Shown piece by piece: positions 39,460 through 48,547 of a stretch of 64,000 nucleotides of DNA (positions are counted from its first letter, which is position 1; each line of letters opens with the position of its first letter). Where the stretch lies: NCBI GenBank assembly GCA_002497295.1, contig DANO01000039.1, forward strand, positions 16,405-80,404, read 5' to 3'. The notes below the pieces were generated by a model. The model was not told the origin of the DNA. It ran no database searches and was given only the letters and a program-made list of their open reading frames with translations. A program made the position numbers and the translations under genes. The stretch is from Euryarchaeota archaeon UBA171. Its GTDB lineage: Archaea > Thermoplasmatota > Poseidoniia > Poseidoniales > Thalassarchaeaceae.

Positions 39460-40287
39460 TCAGTCTAGATTGACCGTATCTTCTTCTTTCTCAGAGAGAA
39501 GTCCTCTCTTCTCTGCATAGTCGCTTAGTTGGTCAAGTCTCTTCAACCATCCTTTGGAGCTTCCAGTCTTGGTAGATCGGACGAGCCAGACGCCACCGAA
39601 TACCCTCTCCCAGAGACCTCTCTTTGCCATCGAGAAACGGGTTAATAGCCAATCAAAAAAGAGCGGCAGTGAAAGTAGAAGTCCTATCACCCTGAATATG
39701 GCTGATCCCGTTGATTCGCCTAGGGGCGATGAGAGGTCTGAGAGCATTGTTAGTGCTGTGACTAGGCCGATTAGTGCGAAAGGGAAGTTCAGCCCTTTGA
39801 GGAATGTGTAAGCCCATGATGCATTGTTGCCGCTGGATGTGACAAACTTGGTCCGAGAGACTATGTTTCCAACGGTTCTGTTGAATCTAGATGGCAAGAA
39901 TCCTACATTACCCAAGTAAAGAAGCATCCCGCCTATGATGATGTAAGTCGCATCAAAATTTAATCCCCATGCGAATACACCGACTACGGGAAACATCCAC
40001 CCATACCCCACGAGTACATCAATGAACCTTCTAAAGGCCATCTGACCACTGGTTGGGGACTCGAAGCCATCTGGAAACGAAGGTAACTCGGAGGGTTCAG
40101 GCTTTGTCTTGCTCTCTTTCTTCTCGCGACGTCTTGAAAATCGAGATTCTTTTTTTGCTTTCTCAACCTTCACAGGAGGTTTTGCAGGGGTCTTCACAAT
40201 AGGCTTTGAAGGAGCCTTCTCTGGGGCCTTTTTCTTAGTATTCTCTTTAGGAGTTTTTCCAGATTCGGCCTTCTCTAGCAATCCCAT
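39460..40287 (-). CDS. Hypothetical membrane protein, RDD-like, with Lys-rich N-terminus
   Basis: RRFID followed by TM helices and RGLWERVFG, resembling RDD. Confidence 0.6.
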   Translation of the reverse strand: MGLLEKAESGKTPKENTKKKAPEKAPSKPIVKTPAKPPVKVEKAKKESRFSRRREKKESKTKPEPSELPSFPDGFESPTSGQMAFRRFIDVLVGYGWMFPVVGVFAWGLNFDATYIIIGGMLLYLGNVGFLPSRFNRTVGNIVSRTKFVTSSGNNASWAYTFLKGLNFPFALIGLVTALTMLSDLSSPLGESTGSAIFRVIGLLLSLPLFFDWLLTRFSMAKRGLWERVFGGVWLVRSTKTGSSKGWLKRLDQLSDYAEKRGLLSEKEEDTVNLD

Positions 40288-40296
40288 CTCGAACCC

Positions 40297-41259
40297 TCAC
40301 TGAAGCGCCTCGCCCATAGTCTTGTAGTGTTCAAAGTCCTCTGATTGGGTAAAACTTTCAATTTCAGAGGCAGGCAGATCGCCCAAAACTTCGTTGATAA
40401 GTGCAAAGAAGTCTCTTCTCTCATCTTCAGGAGTGTGGTGTGGATCTGTTCCAACACGCTTGTATAACTCGTATGCATCTGATTCAGTAAAGGATTCAAT
40501 GAATTTAGAACTTTGATTCCCTAGAAGCGTATCTACTATGCTGAAGAGCCTCGCGAAGTCGTCATTCGCTTGCTTTAGTCTTGTTATGGCTGCCGCAAAC
40601 TCATCGAATTCCATTGTTCCGCTATCATCAACATCAGCAGTTTGGAAGAAATCAACCAACTCGTCCTCTTCAAATGATGATAACATTTCAGCGCTTATAC
40701 CCGTTGCGTCTGATACTTTCTGAATGAATGCTGGTTCATCCATGGAGTGAATGAATTCATCAAGCGTGAGATGGTCCGTGTCCTTGGGCTTCTCAATAAG
40801 CTGTACTTTGGGAGCAATATCCCTCACAACCTGTTGTTGCTCCTTCCTCATGACTATGATCTCCCTGTCCAATTCTGTTCCAAACCTATCAGAGAATCTA
40901 TTGATCAATGATCCTCTATCTCCCTTTGCGATTCTGTCTATGTGGCCATACATCCCATCAAGACCTTCGGAGCCTATGTTGGCAGCTTTCCTGGCACTCC
41001 ATAGCGACTCTAGGTCTTCTTCTGCTGGATCTTTGTTTTTGTCAGGCCATTCATGATCATACTCTCCCAATTCAGGTGTTGTGACCGTTCCCCTGCCGCC
41101 TCCAATGGGTACAAGGCTGTCAAAGTCCTCATTGGGGAGGTTTTGAGGTGGGGGAGGGGGCACAATAGGATTACCCTGAGAATCCATCGGAGGAGGCGGC
41201 GGGGGCGGAGGGGTAGGAGGTAATTTCCCCTTCTTCTTACGTCTCGGGATTAGGCCCAT
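40297..41259 (-). CDS. Polyproline and EF-hand containing protein
   Basis: PPTPPPPPPPP and PPPPP tracts; canonical loop DVDDSGTMEFDE. Confidence 0.75.
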   Translation of the reverse strand: MGLIPRRKKKGKLPPTPPPPPPPPMDSQGNPIVPPPPPQNLPNEDFDSLVPIGGGRGTVTTPELGEYDHEWPDKNKDPAEEDLESLWSARKAANIGSEGLDGMYGHIDRIAKGDRGSLINRFSDRFGTELDREIIVMRKEQQQVVRDIAPKVQLIEKPKDTDHLTLDEFIHSMDEPAFIQKVSDATGISAEMLSSFEEDELVDFFQTADVDDSGTMEFDEFAAAITRLKQANDDFARLFSIVDTLLGNQSSKFIESFTESDAYELYKRVGTDPHHTPEDERRDFFALINEVLGDLPASEIESFTQSEDFEHYKTMGEALQ

Positions 41260-41321
41260 GGCATGGCCTGAGTCAATTCCGTGTTTCAACGTTCGCCGAA
41301 TGTGTAGCTATTGTGAGCTAT

Positions 41322-42503
41322 TCAAGAAGGTACTAGCTCAGCCCAGCCTTTGAGCTGCAAAAACATAGCCATACCCTCATCAACGACATACTCGCTTCCT
41401 GAATTCCCATCTATCTCCCTATCGGATATTATGGCTCTAACATCATCGATTAAGAGGCGAATTTTGGTATTCTCGCTCCCTCCAAAAACAATAGCCTCCT
41501 TCAATGGGTCAAATGGTTTAGAGCCGTCTGGATCCAATCTTTCGAAGGGTATCTCAGTAACCCTGAGGCCTGATTTGCCATGGAGGCTCCCGAGATGGCG
41601 TATTACTCTCTTAACATCAACCGTAACATTCTCGTCCGTTTCGCCGCCTATTACCGATACCGTTGAGTTGGCATGTACGAGTGCCCAGAATAGGCTTGTT
41701 CCAGATTCTCCGAACACCTTGAGGGACCTATCTCGTTTCAGTCTTGAGACGTGGTCTTTGCTGGAGGCTTTCTCAATAAGATCCAGCATTTTGGGCCGAC
41801 TGACGGGATGGTTCTGACCTCTTGCTTGTTCAATCAGTGTATTGACACTTAGGGAACCCTTTGATCCAGTTGCCGCTTCTGAAAGCATATTTGAAATTCT
41901 TTCCACACCGTCATCCAGTCTTCTGGACCAGCCCGAGTCTTCCCTTTGAGATGATGATACCTCCAGCCCCACACCTCGAATATATGTCACAATCTCCCTT
42001 CTTGCATTTGAGTCCAGATGGAATAGAGACGGGTCCCTTAGATGAATATGGAAACCCCTATGTCCTGAGAAAGTAAATTGAGCATAATCTCTGTTGAATC
42101 CGAATTCCGGCTCCAGGAAGTCGTTCCAGAGTGACCACGCCTGATCTTGTATGGCAGATATAAGGTTGGGGAAATCGGTGGGATTGATGCCGTGTAAATG
42201 ATCGCCGTCTAGATCGAAGATGAGGTCAGCGCCCCTCCATCCCTTATCGGACATTGTTCTCTGAGAGGGATCATCGTAGTAAGCCGTAGAATGGAAGCAT
42301 GAATGCGGGAATCTTTGACATAGATAAGAGTGGAGCGCTCCTGCATCCGTAAATGAGCGATGACGGTCGGTTGGCCTATCGCCCCACGGCATGAACATCC
42401 ACTCCCGACGTCTGAGGCGCGGAGGCAGCCAGATTTCGCTAGGTTCCATGGACCTGTAGAAGTCAGCGAACCTCGAACCTATACGACTCCAACCCTTCGC
42501 CAC
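41322..42503 (-). CDS. priS: DNA primase catalytic (small) subunit
   Basis: RE W/F, STAYY.DP, GW.GADLIFDLD, FSG.RGFH, D..VT.D.KR.IR..GSLHGK. Confidence 0.95.
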   Translation of the reverse strand: MAKGWSRIGSRFADFYRSMEPSEIWLPPRLRRREWMFMPWGDRPTDRHRSFTDAGALHSYLCQRFPHSCFHSTAYYDDPSQRTMSDKGWRGADLIFDLDGDHLHGINPTDFPNLISAIQDQAWSLWNDFLEPEFGFNRDYAQFTFSGHRGFHIHLRDPSLFHLDSNARREIVTYIRGVGLEVSSSQREDSGWSRRLDDGVERISNMLSEAATGSKGSLSVNTLIEQARGQNHPVSRPKMLDLIEKASSKDHVSRLKRDRSLKVFGESGTSLFWALVHANSTVSVIGGETDENVTVDVKRVIRHLGSLHGKSGLRVTEIPFERLDPDGSKPFDPLKEAIVFGGSENTKIRLLIDDVRAIISDREIDGNSGSEYVVDEGMAMFLQLKGWAELVPS

Positions 42504-42539
42504 GTCGAAGCGATTGAAAGGAAGACCTTCAAGATGGTG

Positions 42540-42734
42540 TCATTCCATCCTCAGGCCTGGGACCGTTTTTGGCTCTGTGGAGGGCTCCGCTCCAGTCAGT
42601 TCCAGATAGGCCTCGTACGACAGATACTCGCCGTCATGAACTATCGCCTCTGAGAATTTCAAGGGCTTTCCGGTCTGGGCGCACTTTGGGCCTAGTTGAC
42701 CAGTAGCGGTAGATAGCTTCTCAGCATCGGGCAT
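42540..42734 (-). CDS. Small hypothetical protein, 64 aa
   Basis: MPDAEKLSTATGQLGPKCAQTGKPLKFSEA..; natural-looking ORF upstream of priS. Confidence 0.6.
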   Translation of the reverse strand: MPDAEKLSTATGQLGPKCAQTGKPLKFSEAIVHDGEYLSYEAYLELTGAEPSTEPKTVPGLRME

Positions 42735-42823
42735 GTATTGCCCAACGAGCACAGATACTTCATGGTGGCGATTGTCACGGAGTCTGCCAAGGCAATTTAT
42801 ACAACCTAAGCAGCCCACGTGCT

Positions 42824-43681
42824 ATGACGACTCATTACAGCATAGGCCATTCACCAGATCCAGATGATGCATTCATGTTCTATGCCATGACTGAGTCATT
42901 GATAGATACGGGTGACAGGCGATACGAGCACGCCCTCGTAGACATACAGACGCTCAATCAACAAGCTCTTGATGGTGCGCATGATGTAAGTGCTGTCTCG
43001 ATACACTCCTACCCGACAATTTCCAATAACTACTCATTGATGAATTGCGGAGCTTCGATGGGAGAAGGATATGGACCGATGATAATATCTACTACACAAT
43101 CTTCAGTTGAAGAGGCCTCTGAATCTACGATTGCAATTCCAGGACTAGGCACTTCTGCTTATCTAGCATTGAGGCTCGCCTTAGGTGACGTGAATGTAGA
43201 AGTTATGCCATTCGATGAAATTCTTCCCTCAGTGGCATCTGGAAAATCAACTCATGGCTTGATTATTCACGAAGGGCAATTGACTTGGAAAGATGAAGGG
43301 GTTCACCTGGTGCTAGATCTGGGCGTATGGTGGAATGAAAAAACAGGTCTTCCACTACCACTGGGGGGGAATGTAGTGCTAAAATCTCATGGTCCAGAAA
43401 TGTGCGAGCATATCGCCACTGACGTGAGGCACTCCATAGAGCATGCTATATCTAATCCTGAATCTGCACTGTCATTTGCTAAAAAATGGGGCAGGGGGAT
43501 ATCGGATGAAACTAACGAAAAATTCGTTGGGATGTATGTTAATCAACGAACTATCGATTACGGGGACGACGGGAGGGAGGCTGTGATGAGATTCTTAGAA
43601 GAAGGGCAATCAATCGGGTTGGTTGACTCGAACTTTGACCCTCGAGCCATCGATTTCATAGGCAGGACGCATGGTCGATAA
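42824..43681 (+). CDS. mqnD: 1,4-dihydroxy-6-naphthoate synthase (MqnA/MqnD family)
   Basis: HSPDPDDAFMFY, DIQTLN, SMGEGYGP, IIHEGQL, LPLPLG, MYVN. Confidence 0.92.
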   Translation: MTTHYSIGHSPDPDDAFMFYAMTESLIDTGDRRYEHALVDIQTLNQQALDGAHDVSAVSIHSYPTISNNYSLMNCGASMGEGYGPMIISTTQSSVEEASESTIAIPGLGTSAYLALRLALGDVNVEVMPFDEILPSVASGKSTHGLIIHEGQLTWKDEGVHLVLDLGVWWNEKTGLPLPLGGNVVLKSHGPEMCEHIATDVRHSIEHAISNPESALSFAKKWGRGISDETNEKFVGMYVNQRTIDYGDDGREAVMRFLEEGQSIGLVDSNFDPRAIDFIGRTHGR

Positions 43682-43684
43682 AAC

Positions 43685-44164
43685 ATGGATAAGCCAGAGA
43701 TATCCGAGTTCGATTCTGTTGACCCAGCACCTGCGAGTGAGATACTATCAGTGCCAAGCTTGAGACAGACAATTTGTGATGAAAATGAAAGAATGTTTCA
43801 AAGAATGAGAGCTCTTTTCGCATTGAGGAATATCGGTGGTGTTGAGGCTGTCGAAGCTCTTGCCGCCGCCTACTCTTCCAAATCAGCCCTCCTAAAGCAC
43901 GAGATTGCATATGTGATGGGGCAAATGCAAGACCCTGCAGCAGTACCACATCTCATCCATCGTCTCGAGGATCAAGATGAAGATCTCATGGTACGTCATG
44001 AGGCTGCGGAAGCCCTGGGGGCGATTGGAGATAGAGTCGCTTTGGCCACGTTAGAGAAATTCGTAGGCGATCCAGAACCTGTTGTCGCAGAGTCCTGTGA
44101 AGTTGCAATGGACCTGCTAGAGTACGTCGCATCCAAATCCTTAGACTACGAAGTAACTGATTGA
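43685..44164 (+). CDS. Half-size deoxyhypusine hydroxylase (DOHH)-like HEAT-repeat protein
   Basis: SVDPAP, R.RALFALRN, SALLKHEIAYVMGQMQ, MVRHEAAEALGAIG, DP..VV.ESCEVA.D; two HE motifs 33 aa apart. Confidence 0.8.
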   Translation: MDKPEISEFDSVDPAPASEILSVPSLRQTICDENERMFQRMRALFALRNIGGVEAVEALAAAYSSKSALLKHEIAYVMGQMQDPAAVPHLIHRLEDQDEDLMVRHEAAEALGAIGDRVALATLEKFVGDPEPVVAESCEVAMDLLEYVASKSLDYEVTD

Positions 44165-44952
44165 ATACATCCAAGAGCTGCACCGGCATCCATCCCACAA
44201 ACATCTACAAGGAATCTTGCAAGCCCCTCCACAGACTGGTCATCGAGTATGTTGGAAACCTCCGAACGGAAGTACTGGTCCATTCTGCTGGGGGTTAGCC
44301 CTATCTTATCGGCAGCGATCCTGACTACTTCTTCCCTCCTATTATTGTCATTGATAAAGGCCCGGTAGTTTGAGATTAGCTCTGTCTTAGCTTCCAATAT
44401 ATCTTGATTATTTGATGACTTGTGTGTGGCGAAAATACCGAAGACCATTGGAAGGCCTGTTGAACGGGTCCATTCCGCTCCAAGATCCAATTGGACCAGA
44501 GACGGATGTTCAGAAGCTGCCCTCAATGCTCTGTCCCCTATGAGAAGAGCCCCGTCACATTGTTGGAGCATGGAACCCAAATCTGGTCCTAGGTCTATTG
44601 CACGGGGGTCTAGTCCCCGTTTGTCCAAATACCATCTTAACAATCTTTTTGAGGTGGAGGAATCGGTTGGGAATGCTATATCTCTCATGTGATCCGGTGG
44701 GCGATCCCCGAACAGAAGTACACTTCCAACATGACCCATCGAGACAATTCCTAGATCGCCGACTAGACGTAGGATGTCGCTATGCTTCGCGAAATCGGCA
44801 GATGGTATAGGGGCCATTAGGCAGTCCCTTCGAAGTACATGCCCCGTCAACCACGAAGGGGGAGCAGGCAGAATCCGCCATTTTTCTGACAGGTTGTGGT
44901 ACAAAGGATCGCAGTTTGTAAATGCGACACGCCCTATGGTCCTGTTCCACAT
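44146..44952 (-). CDS. mqnA: Chorismate dehydratase
   Basis: N..PL, G.VGSV.L, SSTS..L, LLIGD.AL, DLG.EW..TGLPMVF. Confidence 0.9.
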   Translation of the reverse strand: MWNRTIGRVAFTNCDPLYHNLSEKWRILPAPPSWLTGHVLRRDCLMAPIPSADFAKHSDILRLVGDLGIVSMGHVGSVLLFGDRPPDHMRDIAFPTDSSTSKRLLRWYLDKRGLDPRAIDLGPDLGSMLQQCDGALLIGDRALRAASEHPSLVQLDLGAEWTRSTGLPMVFGIFATHKSSNNQDILEAKTELISNYRAFINDNNRREEVVRIAADKIGLTPSRMDQYFRSEVSNILDDQSVEGLARFLVDVCGMDAGAALGCIQSVTS

Positions 44953-44956
44953 ATTA

Positions 44957-46132
44957 TCACCTCACTACTGGTAGTGCCCTCGGTCCTGAATGGTTTTTCA
45001 AAGTGTGTGATCTGAATTTGGTATATGTCGTGTTTCTTTGGACAGCCTCTTGTCCCGTGGATTCTATCATGCGTACCAAGCCCTCCAAGCCTGTGTTAAG
45101 GGGGGTGCTCGAACCTGCAGAGTGCATGATTTCCTCTTTCTCAACAGTTCCATCCAGATCATCGGCTCCATTGAGGATCGCTAGAGATGCTAGATCGTCT
45201 CCAATGTTCATCCTGTAAGCCTTCAGATGAGGTATATTATCAAGCATTAATCTGGATATGGAGATAGTTCTGAGGACCTCTTCTGCACTTGGTATCTTTG
45301 CCTCTGGTAAACGTGTTTTATCAGGCAGAAAAGGATATGGTACAAAGCATTGGAATCCAGAAGTCTCGTCCTGTAATCTCCTAAGCAAATCCAGATGTGT
45401 GATTCTGTCTCTAAGCGTTTCAACGGTACCGAACAACATGGTACAATTCGTCGGAAGTCCTGCTTCATGAGCTGATCTGTGGATTGAAAGATACTCGAGA
45501 CTAGATTCTTTACCCCTGCAAATTCTATCTCTGACTGAATCTACGAGGATCTCTGCACCTCCACCAGGAATAGCGTCCAAACCTGCATCCATCAAACGAG
45601 TCAGAGTTTGAGGTATAGTTATCCCAGTACGTTTGGCGATGTGTTTGATTTCAACCGCAGTTAGAGATTTGATCGTAATGTGTGGAAATTCTTTCTTCAT
45701 GGCCCTGTATAGATTTTCATAGTGGTCAATAGTCCATTCAGGGTGAAGTCCTCCGACTGAATGTACTTCATCGATAGATTCCGAATATGGGCGTACGCGA
45801 TCCAAATATTCTTCTACTGACAAGTAATACGCATCTTCATGCTTCGAGCCTTTCCTAAACGCACAGAACCTACAAGCTAGAACGCATATATTGGTAGTAT
45901 TGACATGTAGGTTTAGATTGAAATGTATCTTTTCTCCGTGCATTTTCCTCTTCACTGAATGGGCTAATTCGCCGAGTTGCAATAGGGGCGCATGTTTGTA
46001 TAGCGACAAGCCCAAATCAAAATCGATTCGACCCCCTTCGGAAATGATTATCCGGGCGCGAGCCATGGCTTCATTGCCTTCTAAATCACCCATATTGGGT
46101 TCCAGCGGCATAGCGCCGCTGTCATTATGCAT
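44957..46132 (-). CDS. mqnE: Aminofutalosine synthase (CofH-family radical SAM)
   Basis: N.H.N.TNICVLACRFCAF, EVH.VGGLHP, PGGGAEIL, LR.LQDET.GF, HLKAY; closer to MqnE than MqnC by motif. Confidence 0.82.
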   Translation of the reverse strand: MHNDSGAMPLEPNMGDLEGNEAMARARIIISEGGRIDFDLGLSLYKHAPLLQLGELAHSVKRKMHGEKIHFNLNLHVNTTNICVLACRFCAFRKGSKHEDAYYLSVEEYLDRVRPYSESIDEVHSVGGLHPEWTIDHYENLYRAMKKEFPHITIKSLTAVEIKHIAKRTGITIPQTLTRLMDAGLDAIPGGGAEILVDSVRDRICRGKESSLEYLSIHRSAHEAGLPTNCTMLFGTVETLRDRITHLDLLRRLQDETSGFQCFVPYPFLPDKTRLPEAKIPSAEEVLRTISISRLMLDNIPHLKAYRMNIGDDLASLAILNGADDLDGTVEKEEIMHSAGSSTPLNTGLEGLVRMIESTGQEAVQRNTTYTKFRSHTLKNHSGPRALPVVR

Positions 46133-46231
46133 GGTATTCCTCTCTAGACCCCTATCTATAACTGAATGGCTAACTCCATAGCAACCAAAACGATAGGTAA
46201 CCAATAAAGACTGATAGAATCACGTGAGTAC

Positions 46232-47047
46232 ATGCAGAGTGACGCCATAGAGGAATTGAATGAGTCTGCATTAAGGTGTAGAAGGAGGATTGTCGAAATG
46301 GTATACAAGGCCCAATCCGGCCATCCGGGCGGCTCCTTATCTTGTATAGACATCCTTGTGGGCCTATACAGAGGCGTTATGCGATTTGACCCAGAGAAAC
46401 CCAGCTGGGGCGATCGTGATAGATTTATCATGAGCAAAGGGCATGCTAGTCCTGCAGTATACTCGATACTGAGAGATGTAGGAGTTCTTGAGGATTCAGA
46501 TCTAGATGGTTTCAGATCACTTGGATCTGTATGTCAGGGCCATGTTGACAGGAAGTGGACAGAAGGGGTCGACTTCTCCGCAGGCAGTCTGGGCATGGGG
46601 CTTTCATTTGGACTTGGATCGGCACTTGCAGCCAGACTCGATGTATCTGATAGGCATGCATGGGTATTGTTAGGGGATGGCGAGATACAAGAAGGCCAGA
46701 TATGGGAGGCGGCTATGGCCGCATCTCATCTTGAGGTGACTAATCTCACTGCGATAATCGATAGGAATAGAATCCAGAATGATAATTTCGTAGAAGATCA
46801 GATGAGAGTCGGGGACGTAGCCTCAAAATTCCGCTCGTTTGGATGGAATGTTATCGAAATTGATGGGCACGATATGAAGGAGATTGTTAATGCTCTTTCT
46901 GAGGCGAAGGCGAGTGTCGGGCCTACTGCTATTGTGGCAGCGACAGTAAAGGGGAAGGGAGTCTCCTTCATGGAAGATAATCCCGCTTTCCACGGAGCTG
47001 CTCCAAATGAAGATCAGTATGCTGAGGCAATGGAGGAATTGTCATGA
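46232..47047 (+). CDS. Transketolase, N-terminal (TPP-binding) subunit
   Basis: SGHPGGSLS, DRFIMSKGH, GSLGMG, GDGE.QEGQ.WEA. Confidence 0.95.
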   Translation: MQSDAIEELNESALRCRRRIVEMVYKAQSGHPGGSLSCIDILVGLYRGVMRFDPEKPSWGDRDRFIMSKGHASPAVYSILRDVGVLEDSDLDGFRSLGSVCQGHVDRKWTEGVDFSAGSLGMGLSFGLGSALAARLDVSDRHAWVLLGDGEIQEGQIWEAAMAASHLEVTNLTAIIDRNRIQNDNFVEDQMRVGDVASKFRSFGWNVIEIDGHDMKEIVNALSEAKASVGPTAIVAATVKGKGVSFMEDNPAFHGAAPNEDQYAEAMEELS

Positions 47048-47997
47048 CCGGAATATCGGAGCCAGGAGCGTCAAGAGATGGATATGGCGATGCATTACTT
47101 GATTTATCCTCTGATAAGAGAGTTGTAGTTCTAGAGGCGGACCTTGGAAAGTCCACCAAATCCTGCCACTTCAGAGCGCAGTATCCGGACAGAACGTTCT
47201 GTCTTGGCATAGCTGAACAGAATATGGCACTTGTCGGAGCGGGTCTTGCAGAAGCCGGCAAGATCCCCTTCGCGAGTACTTTCGCGATATTCTCCGAACG
47301 AGCCTTTGAGCAGTTTAGAAACGGTATAGCTAGGACAGGGCTCGTTGTGCATCTCTGCGGTAGTCACGGTGGTATGCATACTGGGCAAGATGGAAGCAGT
47401 GCTCAGTCTACTGAAGATCTTGGCATCTTCAGGACCCTTCCGGGAATGACTGTGATGCATCCATGTGACAGAAACTCGGCACGATCCTTGACCCGCAATC
47501 TCCTCAGTCATGATTACCCATCTTACACCAGAACTGCCCGTAATAAAACTAGAGAAATATATTCCGAGGCAGAGGCAGATAATTTGGAGATAGGTGTCGC
47601 ATCTGAGTTGAGGGCTGGCGAAGATGCGACGATAATCGCATGTGGCGTAATGGTGGAGCGATCGCTGGATGCTGCAGAAGAGCTCTCAAATCACGGCATA
47701 GAGGCACGAGTAATTGATATGCATACCTTAAAGCCGATCGATAAAGATGCGATTCTCAAAGCAGCAAAGACCGGGGCTATAGTAACCGCAGAAGACCATT
47801 CAGTTATCGGCGGACTCGGTTCTGCAGTTGCTGAAATACTATCAGAGGAATGTCCAACAAGGATGAAAATGGTCGGAGTTAGAGATAAATTCGGTGAAAG
47901 CGGATCTCCAGAGGAAATCATGAATAAGATGGGGCTGACTTCCGAGAATATAGTTCAAAGAGTGATGGAATTAGTACAAAAACCTGGGCGTACTTGA
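47044..47997 (+). CDS. Transketolase, C-terminal subunit
   Basis: GIAEQNM, STFA.F..RA.EQ, G.DG.S.Q..ED, EDH...GGLGS. Confidence 0.95.
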   Translation: MTGISEPGASRDGYGDALLDLSSDKRVVVLEADLGKSTKSCHFRAQYPDRTFCLGIAEQNMALVGAGLAEAGKIPFASTFAIFSERAFEQFRNGIARTGLVVHLCGSHGGMHTGQDGSSAQSTEDLGIFRTLPGMTVMHPCDRNSARSLTRNLLSHDYPSYTRTARNKTREIYSEAEADNLEIGVASELRAGEDATIIACGVMVERSLDAAEELSNHGIEARVIDMHTLKPIDKDAILKAAKTGAIVTAEDHSVIGGLGSAVAEILSEECPTRMKMVGVRDKFGESGSPEEIMNKMGLTSENIVQRVMELVQKPGRT

Positions 47998-48023
47998 TGT
48001 AGGCGTTCGTATCCGAATCACTC

Positions 48024-48524
48024 ATGGTTGACGAGTCCGTACTAAGAGATCTGCTCGACGGGAAGATATCTCCTGAGGAGGTCGATGACCCAAATATTGT
48101 AAGTCTCATAGAGCGAATATACGGTGCAGAAGCACTTGAAAAGCTTGGATTGAGACAGAAAGATTTGGCTCCTAGGAGTTTTTCTGAACCTATTCCCAAG
48201 GAGGTTGATTCCCCAGAGTCCGATATCGCGAAAATTGAAACTATTCAAGACGAAGGGGGGCGATGGGGTCCGAGATGGACGATTCTCATATTGGGGATTC
48301 TGACAACTGGACTTTTCGTGTTCAACGTCTATGCAGGCGTTGGAACCGTGGTTGACCTTTGTGAATCTGACTCCTGCGGGGAAACCTACACGCTTGGACA
48401 TGCTCCGGACCTTGAATCTTCAGACAGTTGGAGAGAGCCCGGGACACTGACAAATGAGGATATCATTGCCATAAGTGCCACCTCCATAATCGCAGTAGTT
48501 GGTCTGACTGGAAGGTACCGATAG
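48024..48524 (+). CDS. Hypothetical membrane protein
   Basis: 166-aa ORF with two TM segments. Confidence 0.65.
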   Translation: MVDESVLRDLLDGKISPEEVDDPNIVSLIERIYGAEALEKLGLRQKDLAPRSFSEPIPKEVDSPESDIAKIETIQDEGGRWGPRWTILILGILTTGLFVFNVYAGVGTVVDLCESDSCGETYTLGHAPDLESSDSWREPGTLTNEDIIAISATSIIAVVGLTGRYR

Positions 48525-48547
48525 AAATCCACATCGAGGTCTGGTAA

